Of a stretch of DNA of 58,521 nt, positions 31,374 through 37,933 are shown piece by piece (position 1 is the first letter of the stretch; each line of letters begins with the position of its first letter). This DNA comes from Hyphomicrobiales bacterium. Lineage in GTDB: Bacteria > Pseudomonadota > Alphaproteobacteria > Rhizobiales > WTKA01. Where the stretch lies: contig WTKA01000037.1 in the NCBI GenBank assembly GCA_011524605.1, positions 1 to 58,521 of the forward strand, read 5' to 3'. Below the pieces are notes generated by a model. It did no database searches. It had not been told where the DNA came from and saw nothing but the letters and a program-made list of their open reading frames with translations. A program made the translations under genes and the position numbers.

Positions 31374-31500
31374 ATTGCAAAGTCTATTCAATTGACTATG
31401 CAGCAGCATATTTTTTATTCATAAATAATCATGGTTAAAAGCAGCTATAAAGGTTTGTTAAAAGACTAGAGAAATGCGTTTAGATCAGAAATATTCTAAT

Positions 31501-31568
31501 CCATGCACTTTATGCAATGCTGTGCTGCAATAGTATCACTTAACATATCCATGAAATAAGTTTATAAA
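31501..31568 (+). promoter_or_regulatory. Conserved 45-bp upstream box + sigma70-like promoter, copy 2
   Basis: The box is CCATGCACTTTATGCAATGCTGTGCTGCAATAGTATCACTTAACA. Promoter elements are -35 TTAACA (31540-31545), a 17-nt spacer and -10 TATAAA (31563-31568). Confidence 0.6.
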
Positions 31569-31606
31569 TATAGGCAAGAAACGAAACACGTATCGGAGAT
31601 ATGAAA

Positions 31607-31753
31607 ATGAAAAGCTCATATGGACAATTTAAAAAGTGGCGCACTTATAGAAAGACTGTCAATGAACTTTCAGCGCTTTCAAATAGAGATTTAAACGATT
31701 TAGGCATTCATCGTTGTGATATTAGACGCGTTTGTAAACAGTCAGTGTCATAA
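31607..31753 (+). CDS. DUF1127 small protein, copy 2 (48 aa)
   Basis: Hand translation gives MKSSYGQFKKWRTYRKTVNELSALSNRDLNDLGIHRCDIRRVCKQSVS, with the TATCGGAGAT RBS block upstream. Confidence 0.85.
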   Translation: MKSSYGQFKKWRTYRKTVNELSALSNRDLNDLGIHRCDIRRVCKQSVS

Positions 31754-31777
31754 TATAGTATAATTGTACTAACTTTT

Positions 31778-31858
31778 AGATATTTGACTATTTCCTCCTC
31801 CACTGTCAAATATCTTGATAAGAACCCTTAGCTCCTCCCGCTAAGGGTTTTTCTTTTT
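31778..31858 (+). ncRNA. 3'-UTR two-hairpin module, copy 2 (CcsR/cuckoo-like anti-SD sRNA candidate) including terminator
   Basis: Hairpin 1 has an 11-bp stem AGATATTTGAC / GTCAAATATCT (31778-31788 / 31805-31815) with loop TATTTCCTCCTCCACT. Hairpin 2 is ACCCTTAGC-TCCTCCC-GCTAAGGGT (31824-31848) followed by TTTTCTTTTT. Confidence 0.65.
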
Positions 31859-31950
31859 GTATAGAAGCAATTTAATTATAAAATCACAAAGCCTAAGCAT
31901 GTAAATTCCGACAAACATTAATAATGCGTTAAAAGCATGGAAAATATAAC

Positions 31951-32018
31951 CCATGCATTATTAACAATGCTGCGCTGCAATACCAGCATTTAACATAGGC
32001 GAAAATAGGGTGTATAAG
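31951..32018 (+). promoter_or_regulatory. Conserved 45-bp upstream box + sigma70-like promoter, copy 3
   Basis: The box is CCATGCATTATTAACAATGCTGCGCTGCAATACCAGCATTTAACA. Promoter elements are -35 TTAACA (31990-31995), a 17-nt spacer and -10 TATAAG (32013-32018). Confidence 0.55.
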
Positions 32019-32056
32019 TAAGAACAAGAAATAACAAACATATCGGAGATATGAAA

Positions 32057-32203
32057 ATGAAAAGCCCTTTAGTAAAGTTAAAAAAATGGAAAAATTACAG
32101 AAAGTCTGTAAATGAGCTTTCAGCGCTTTCAAATAAAGATTTAAACGATTTAGGTATTCATCGTTGCGATATTAAACGAGTTTGTAAACAATCAGTCTTA
32201 TAA
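32057..32203 (+). CDS. DUF1127 small protein, copy 3 (48 aa)
   Basis: Hand translation gives MKSPLVKLKKWKNYRKSVNELSALSNKDLNDLGIHRCDIKRVCKQSVL, with the TATCGGAGAT RBS block upstream. Confidence 0.85.
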   Translation: MKSPLVKLKKWKNYRKSVNELSALSNKDLNDLGIHRCDIKRVCKQSVL

Positions 32204-32230
32204 TAGAGATTGTTTAATCAATGACAAAAT

Positions 32231-32306
32231 ATTTGACTACGACCTCCTCCTAACAGTCAAATCTTGATAAGAACCCTCAGGCCCTCCCTTGAGGGTTTTT
32301 CTTTTT
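32231..32306 (+). ncRNA. 3'-UTR two-hairpin module, copy 3 (CcsR/cuckoo-like) including terminator
   Basis: Hairpin 1 has stem ATTTGACT / AGTCAAAT (32231-32238 / 32255-32262) with loop ACGACCTCCTCCTAAC. Hairpin 2 is ACCCTCAGG-CCCTCC-CTTGAGGGT followed by TTTTCTTTTT. Confidence 0.62.
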
Positions 32307-32416
32307 GTATAGAAGCAATTTAATTCATAAACTATAATTATAGCATCAGATAAGCGAAGCTATTATGCAACTTTAAATAACTTTATGAATTGCATTCAAT
32401 TCATCAGATTTATATT

Positions 32417-32484
32417 CCATGCATTTTATGCAATGCTGCACTGCGATAGTATCACTTAACATACACATAGAAAAAGATTATAAA
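32417..32484 (+). promoter_or_regulatory. Conserved 45-bp upstream box + sigma70-like promoter, copy 4
   Basis: The box is CCATGCATTTTATGCAATGCTGCACTGCGATAGTATCACTTAACA. Promoter elements are -35 TTAACA (32456-32461), a 17-nt spacer and -10 TATAAA (32479-32484). Confidence 0.6.
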
Positions 32485-32522
32485 TATAAGTATAGAATGA
32501 AACACATATCGGAGATGTGAAA

Positions 32523-32669
32523 ATGAAAAGCTCTTATGGACAGTTTAAAAAATGGCGCGCTTACAGAAAGACCGTAAATGAACTTTCAGCGCTTTCAAAC
32601 AACAAATTAAACGATTTAGGTATCGATCGTTCTGATATTAAAAGAATTTCAAAACAATCTATTATATAA
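32523..32669 (+). CDS. DUF1127 small protein, copy 4 (48 aa)
   Basis: Hand translation gives MKSSYGQFKKWRAYRKTVNELSALSNNKLNDLGIDRSDIKRISKQSII. The upstream in-frame ATG seen in copies 1-3 is GTG here, which supports the second ATG as the common start. Confidence 0.82.
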   Translation: MKSSYGQFKKWRAYRKTVNELSALSNNKLNDLGIDRSDIKRISKQSII

Positions 32670-32692
32670 TAGATTATTGTTTTACTAGATAT

Positions 32693-32773
32693 AAAATATT
32701 TGGCTATTTCCTCCTCCAACTGTCAAATATTTTAATAAGAACCCTCAGGTCCTCCCCCTGAGGGTTTTCTTTT
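32693..32773 (+). ncRNA. 3'-UTR two-hairpin module, copy 4 (CcsR/cuckoo-like) including terminator
   Basis: Hairpin 1 has a 12-bp stem (32693-32704 / 32722-32733, one G-U) with loop TATTTCCTCCTCCAACT. Hairpin 2 is ACCCTCAGG-TCCTCCC-CCTGAGGGT (32741-32765) followed by TTTCTTTT. Confidence 0.65.
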
Positions 32774-32835
32774 ATTGCAAGCCTGTTCAATTTATGAAAT
32801 ATGGTAACAATATTTTACAAAAGGCGCATATAATC

Positions 32836-34227
32836 ATGACAGGGCAGAAAAAAATCACAATCGTTGGCGCAGGACTTGCCGGTTCAGAAGCAGCATGGCA
32901 AGCAGCAAATCAAGGATGTCATGTTGATTTATATGAAATGCGACCGGTACAAAAAACAGATGTGCATCATACAGACCATTGCGCAGAGCTTGTTTGCTCC
33001 AATTCATTTCGCTCAGATGATGCTCTTAATAATGCCGTAGGTCTTTTGCATGCAGAAATGCGCACATTAGATTCTCTTATCATGCAATGTGCTGATGAGC
33101 ATCAAGTACCAGCAGGCGGCGCTTTGGCGGTTGATCGTGATAATTTCTCAAAAATGGTCACAGAAAAACTAGAATCTCATGAGAATATTCATTTGCATCG
33201 TGAAGAAATCACCGCAATTCCAGACCAAAATAATGGACCTGTCATCCTAGCAACAGGCCCCTTAACTTCAAAAAATCTTACAGCAGAAATTTTACAATTA
33301 ACGGGGCAAGATAGCCTTGCTTTTTTTGATGCAATAGCACCAATTGTTTATTTTGATAGCATTGATATGGATATATGCTGGTTTCAATCACGCTATGACA
33401 AGCCAGGGCCTGGTGGCACAGGGGCTGATTATATCAACTGCCCATTAAATAAAGAGCAATATGAATCGTTGATTGATGCACTCATTGATGGGGAAAAGAC
33501 TGATTTTAAAGAATTTGAAAAAAACACCCCCTATTTTGATGCCTGCTTACCTATTGAGGTCATGGCTGATCGCGGGAGAGAAACCCTTCGCTTTGGCCCT
33601 ATGAAACCAGTAGGTTTAACCAACCCTAATGATCCCGACGGTGATCTCTATGCTGTCGTGCAGCTTCGTCAAGATAATGCGCTCGGCACACTTTATAATA
33701 TGGTTGGTTTTCAAACTAAATTAAAATATGGTGCTCAAAAAGAAGTATTTAAAACAATACCGGGTCTTCAAGAGGCTGAATTTGCGCGTCTTGGCGGCAT
33801 GCATCGAAATACATATATCAATTCACCTGAACTCTTAGATAGCTATCTGAGAGTTAAATCAGCGCCACATATTCGATTTGCAGGGCAAATCACAGGGGTG
33901 GAAGGCTATGTAGAAAGTGCTGCATTAGGTCTTGTTTGTGGACGATTGGCAGCTGACGAAGTTTTAGAACGTGATCTTAAATTGCCTTGTAAAACAACGG
34001 CTCATGGCTCTCTTGTTAATCATATTACTGGTGGGCATTTGTCTGATCCAACAAATGGCATCAAAACTTTCCAGCCGATGAATATCAATTTTGGCCTTAT
34101 GCCTTCTATTGATGTCCCAAGGGAAATAGATGGCAAACGCTTACGAGGCAAAGAAAAAAGCCGCGCTAAAAAGACTTTACAAGCAAAACGTGCTTTAGAA
34201 AATATTATTGCATTTAAAGAAGTCTGA
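32836..34227 (+). CDS. trmFO: Methylenetetrahydrofolate--tRNA-(uracil54-C5)-methyltransferase TrmFO (Gid)
   Basis: FAD fold [16 protein letters not shown] and TrmFO length. The ORF is open from 32794, but that ATG abuts the upstream terminator and the conserved N-terminus begins at MTGQKK (32836). Confidence 0.88.
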   Translation: MTGQKKITIVGAGLAGSEAAWQAANQGCHVDLYEMRPVQKTDVHHTDHCAELVCSNSFRSDDALNNAVGLLHAEMRTLDSLIMQCADEHQVPAGGALAVDRDNFSKMVTEKLESHENIHLHREEITAIPDQNNGPVILATGPLTSKNLTAEILQLTGQDSLAFFDAIAPIVYFDSIDMDICWFQSRYDKPGPGGTGADYINCPLNKEQYESLIDALIDGEKTDFKEFEKNTPYFDACLPIEVMADRGRETLRFGPMKPVGLTNPNDPDGDLYAVVQLRQDNALGTLYNMVGFQTKLKYGAQKEVFKTIPGLQEAEFARLGGMHRNTYINSPELLDSYLRVKSAPHIRFAGQITGVEGYVESAALGLVCGRLAADEVLERDLKLPCKTTAHGSLVNHITGGHLSDPTNGIKTFQPMNINFGLMPSIDVPREIDGKRLRGKEKSRAKKTLQAKRALENIIAFKEV

Positions 34228-34252
34228 TTTGCTAAAAAATTTAAAATAAGAA

Positions 34253-34304
34253 CTAGGCTCAGGACCTATTAATCATCTAATAAGTTATATTTTCTGAGCA
34301 GTAG
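34253..34304. repeat. Short copy of the MITE terminal repeat (possibly an internally deleted element)
   Basis: CTAGGCTCAGGACCTATTAAT (34253-34273) matches the 8132 and 8413 ends. A degenerate inverted partner, TCTGAGCAGTAG, ends at 34304, and GCTCAG/CTGAGC can pair. Confidence 0.45.
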
Positions 34305-34337
34305 CAAGTAATAAGCCTTTATAAGATAGCAAAAAAA

Positions 34338-35105
34338 CTATGCCTTCGTTGTTTTACCTACGAGTTTGAAATAGAGGCTATAGGGCAGCATATTCAGAAA
34401 TTTAAGTATTAGGCTAAATCTTGTAGGGAAAGAAATTTCAAATTTATTGCTATTCAGCCCTTTTTGAATACGCTCGGACGCTTTTTCAATAGGAACTAAG
34501 AAAGGCATTGGGAAGTCATTTTTATCAGTTGCTGGTGTTTTCACAAATCCGGGGCAAATGACTTGTAATTTCATGCCATTACGCTGTGCGTCAAAGCGCA
34601 AAGATTCTGCAAAATTAATAAGCCCTGCTTTTGATGCGCCATAAGCACTAGAGGATGGCAATCCGCCATAGCCAGCGACGGAAGAAACAATAGCAATATG
34701 GCCTGCTTGCCGCTTAATCATATCGCCAGATATTGCTTCGACACAATTTGCAATACCTAAGACGTTCACATCTAATGTTTTTTTGACGATGCTCGCTTGG
34801 AAATTTTCTAAATCCATTGGCAGATAAATGCCCGCATTTAAAATAGCACAATCAATATGCTCATATTTATCAATTATAGCTTTATAGACTATAAGTGTTT
34901 GCTCATAAGAAGAAACATCAAGCGGAAAAATATCAATATTATCTTGGTGGCTACCTGCTAGGGCTTTTGTTTTGTCTAATCCCTCTTCAGAGCGCGCACT
35001 TGCAAAAACCTTGTGTCCTTGCTTAGCTAGATCAATACTGAGCTGAGCACCAATGCCAGAACTTGCGCCTGTAATCCAATAATGCATAAAAAACCCGTTC
35101 TTCAT
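34338..35105 (-). CDS. Short-chain dehydrogenase/reductase (SDR)
   Basis: TGASSGIGAQL cofactor motif and YGASK catalytic Y-x3-K. The start may be the internal MHYWITG (35087). Confidence 0.85.
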   Translation of the reverse strand: MKNGFFMHYWITGASSGIGAQLSIDLAKQGHKVFASARSEEGLDKTKALAGSHQDNIDIFPLDVSSYEQTLIVYKAIIDKYEHIDCAILNAGIYLPMDLENFQASIVKKTLDVNVLGIANCVEAISGDMIKRQAGHIAIVSSVAGYGGLPSSSAYGASKAGLINFAESLRFDAQRNGMKLQVICPGFVKTPATDKNDFPMPFLVPIEKASERIQKGLNSNKFEISFPTRFSLILKFLNMLPYSLYFKLVGKTTKA

Positions 35106-35144
35106 TCATAAGATCTAGCAAGAAAAAAGACGAAGATTAAAAAA

Positions 35145-35843
35145 CTAATATTTTACCACCGGAGATAAGATCTTGCCTAATAATCCGGGCAAACGAACCA
35201 AGCCTTCACTGACAGCAAAACAAATACATTCTTCTTCAACTCCAGCAACAGGCTTATGGTCTAATCCTTCATAAGCAATACAAATATCACCTTTTTGATA
35301 ATGACCAATCCCATCATGAAAGCTTCCCTTTAAAATTAAAGTCAGCTCAACACCCCCTTCATGGGTGTGATGGGGCATAGCTTTGCCGGGTGAAATGCGT
35401 AGTAAACGCGCATCCCCTAAATCTTTATGCGCTCGAATTTCACTAAACCCAGCCATTCTTTTCTTCCAATCAGCTTTTTCAAGATCTGACTCAAAGAACG
35501 AGCGAATAGCATCGGGGTAAATATTTGCTATCGGTGTGATAGGTTGAAACAAGCTTTGCGCTGGATTGTCTTCTAATACAGGCTTTTCCATTTTGGATGA
35601 AAAAATAGCCTCAAGCCCTTTATCCATCCAGCATATATCATCTGATATAATTTCTTCTTCTGATATCGTTTCAATACCATCACAAATAGCCGTTTCACAC
35701 AATGCAAGAAGATCGTGATTTGCGTCTGTCATCTGCAAATGAGACTGAACAAGCGCTTGTGACGCATAACTAAGCCCGCCCGCTGCATAGGACTGCAACA
35801 GCCAAGAAATATCATTATCGTTGTGCATCTCAATATCTTGCAT
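35145..35843 (-). CDS. ChrR-like anti-sigma-factor/cupin domain protein (orphan, no adjacent sigma gene)
   Basis: 232-aa ORF. The N-terminus (WLLQSYAAGGLSYASQALVQSHL) resembles the ChrR anti-sigma domain. The C-terminal cupin carries HHTHEGGVE ... GLDHKP metal-ligand-like residues. Confidence 0.65.
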   Translation of the reverse strand: MQDIEMHNDNDISWLLQSYAAGGLSYASQALVQSHLQMTDANHDLLALCETAICDGIETISEEEIISDDICWMDKGLEAIFSSKMEKPVLEDNPAQSLFQPITPIANIYPDAIRSFFESDLEKADWKKRMAGFSEIRAHKDLGDARLLRISPGKAMPHHTHEGGVELTLILKGSFHDGIGHYQKGDICIAYEGLDHKPVAGVEEECICFAVSEGLVRLPGLLGKILSPVVKY

Positions 35844-35871
35844 TTTCTCTCAACTCACTAGATAATCACTA

Positions 35872-35897
35872 TACGATTTAAAAATCAAAGCGGATCA
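35872..35897 (-). promoter_or_regulatory. ECF (RpoE/ChrR-group)-like promoter candidate upstream of the chrR-like gene
   Basis: The minus strand reads TGATCC (35897-35892), a 16-nt spacer, then CGTA (35875-35872), about 30 nt upstream of the ATG. This resembles my recollection of the RpoE(ChrR) consensus TGATC-N16-17-CGTA. Confidence 0.35.
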
Positions 35898-36012
35898 ATT
35901 TTATATGATTTATTACTTCACAAAAATATAAAGCCAAACCATATAAAAATATAGCATTTTTTGCTAGATAAAGATAACAATTAATCGTTAATCCAAGATT
36001 GAAAGCGCTAGG

Positions 36013-37062
36013 ATGGTATTGATGAGTGAAATTAAAAATGGCTTACTTGAGTCTGTAGGCAACACACCACTGATTAAACTGAAAAAAGTTTCAGAACAAA
36101 CAGGCTGTACTATTCTAGGAAAAGCTGAATTTTTAAATCCTGGCCAATCAATAAAAGATCGAGCAGCGCTTTACATCTTACAACAGGCCATGAAATCTGG
36201 TGCACTAAAAACTGGCGGTACCGTTGTGGAAGGCACCGCAGGCAATACTGGCATTGGCCTGAGCCTTATTGGTAATGCTTTAGGCTTGAATACTGTTATT
36301 GTGATCCCTGAGACACAATCTCAAGAGAAGAAAGACATGATCCGTCTTGCCGGTGCAAAGCTTATTGAAGTCCCTGCAGCACCTTATAAAAATCCAAATA
36401 ATTATGTTAAATTTTCAGGCAGACTGGCAGAACAGCTTAACGAGCAACTGCCTAATGGTGCCATTTGGGCCAATCAATTTGATAACACGGCTAATAGATT
36501 AGCGCATATTGAAACGACAGGCCCTGAAATTTGGCGACAAACAAATGGCAAAATTGATGGCTTTATCTGCGCGGTAGGATCAGGAGGCACCCTTGCTGGC
36601 GTTGGCATGTCCTTAAAAGAAAAGAATAAAGACATTACAATTGGATTGGCAGACCCTGAAGGGGCAGCACTTTATCACTATTATACAAATGGAGCGCTTA
36701 AATCAGAAGGCTCTTCTATCACTGAAGGCATTGGTCAAGGGCGCATTACGGCAAATTTAGAAAATGCACCAATTGATATCGCCTATCAAATTTCTGACAA
36801 AGAAGCTCTGCCTTATGTCTTTGACCTTGTAACAGAAGAAGGGCTTGTCTTAGGCGGTTCAAGCGCTATTAATATTGCTGGTGCTGTTAAACTTGCTGAA
36901 AAGCTTGGGCCTGGCCATACAATTGTTACGATTTTATGCGACTATGGAAACCGTTATCAATCAAAATTATTTAATCTTGATTTTTTAAAGTCAAAAGACC
37001 TACCTATTCCAAGCTGGTTAGAAGACAGTCCAGTTGATTTTGAATTACCATTTATTGAATAG
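36013..37062 (+). CDS. cysK: Cysteine synthase (O-acetylserine sulfhydrylase) family PLP enzyme
   Basis: 349-aa ORF with the PLP-lysine motif NPGQSIKDRAA, plus GTAGNTGIGL and GSGGTLAG loops. Confidence 0.8.
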   Translation: MVLMSEIKNGLLESVGNTPLIKLKKVSEQTGCTILGKAEFLNPGQSIKDRAALYILQQAMKSGALKTGGTVVEGTAGNTGIGLSLIGNALGLNTVIVIPETQSQEKKDMIRLAGAKLIEVPAAPYKNPNNYVKFSGRLAEQLNEQLPNGAIWANQFDNTANRLAHIETTGPEIWRQTNGKIDGFICAVGSGGTLAGVGMSLKEKNKDITIGLADPEGAALYHYYTNGALKSEGSSITEGIGQGRITANLENAPIDIAYQISDKEALPYVFDLVTEEGLVLGGSSAINIAGAVKLAEKLGPGHTIVTILCDYGNRYQSKLFNLDFLKSKDLPIPSWLEDSPVDFELPFIE

Positions 37063-37076
37063 AGCTAAGGCTAATT

Positions 37077-37922
37077 ATGCGTAATGATATTTTAATTGAT
37101 GCAGTATCAGTAAAAAACAAGATCGATACAGAAAATGTTATCCTCCTTGATACGAGTTGGCATTTACCAACATCAGATCGCAATGCAAAAATAGATTATG
37201 AAAATGGGCATATTGAAAATGCTTATTTCTTTGATATTGATGCTATGAGCCAACCTGATGCCCCCTTCCCTCACACAATGCCAAGCCATGACTGGTTTGC
37301 AGAAAAAATGGGATCGCTCGGCTTTAGTGATCAAGATCATTATATTTTATATGATCAAAGCCCCCTTTTTTCTTCAGCCCGTGTATGGTGGATGTTAAAG
37401 AATTTTGGCGCCAATAATGTAAAAATTTTAAATGGCGGTTTAAAAGCATGGACTGATGCAGGGTTTTATCTCACCGACCAAGCACCTGCATCACGCAATA
37501 AAGTAGAATTTTCACTGAAAAATAAAGAATATAGCTGTATCTATTATCAGGATGTTCATAAAGCGCTTGATCAAGAAAATATTCAAATTTTAGATGCCCG
37601 TTCTTCTGGTCGTTTTTCAGGCAGTGCAGATGAACCAAGACCGGGGCTTTCTTCAGGCCATATGCCAGGGGCATTAAATTTGCCTTTTAACGTCTTACTT
37701 GATGATAATGGATATATGAAGCCAGCCTCAGAACTGGAAGCTATCATCGCCGATCTTGGTATTTTAAAAACAAATCAAATTATTACGACATGTGGCTCAG
37801 GCGTAACAGCAGCTGTTATTTTCCTTGCTTTAACATGCTTAGGCTATAATGATATCAACTTATATGACGGTTCTTGGACAGAATGGGCTAGCACAGAAAA
37901 AGCGCCTATTATCAAAGGTTAA
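37077..37922 (+). CDS. sseA: 3-mercaptopyruvate sulfurtransferase (tandem rhodanese)
   Basis: 281-aa ORF with two rhodanese domains and the active-site loop CGSGVTA. Also has the GHIENA and GHMPGALNLPF motifs. Confidence 0.85.
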   Translation: MRNDILIDAVSVKNKIDTENVILLDTSWHLPTSDRNAKIDYENGHIENAYFFDIDAMSQPDAPFPHTMPSHDWFAEKMGSLGFSDQDHYILYDQSPLFSSARVWWMLKNFGANNVKILNGGLKAWTDAGFYLTDQAPASRNKVEFSLKNKEYSCIYYQDVHKALDQENIQILDARSSGRFSGSADEPRPGLSSGHMPGALNLPFNVLLDDNGYMKPASELEAIIADLGILKTNQIITTCGSGVTAAVIFLALTCLGYNDINLYDGSWTEWASTEKAPIIKG

Positions 37923-37933
37923 GGCCTGTTAAT

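Larger units (their letters stand above)
30996..32774 (+). repeat. Four-unit tandem array (modules about 360 bp, spaced 450-480 bp) of promoter box + DUF1127 micro-gene + two-hairpin 3' UTR
   Basis: Four collinear units share a 45-bp box, the TATCGGAGAT RBS block, a 147-nt ORF, an ATATTTGAC...GTCAAATAT hairpin and an ACCCTNAG...GGGTTTTTCTTTT terminator. Confidence 0.9.

Noticed and set aside
31929-32132. 67-aa minus-strand ORF, the only track ORF in the ribF-trmFO gap
   Set aside because: It runs antisense across the conserved promoter box, RBS and 5' half of DUF1127 copy 3. It has no counterpart in the other three units and no RBS, so it is an artefact of an AT-rich open frame.
30996-32774. 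Regularly spaced repeats considered as a possible CRISPR array
   Set aside because: The spacing is 450-480 bp. The repeated units contain promoter, RBS, a conserved ORF and terminators, and there are no short 25-40-bp repeats alternating with unique spacers.
35930-36012. Possible SAM-II-type or other riboswitch in the cysK leader (AAAGCG, TTTTTGCT segments)
   Set aside because: I could not assemble the pseudoknot or consensus by eye. The resemblance rests on a few short A/T-rich words and needs a covariance-model search before any claim.
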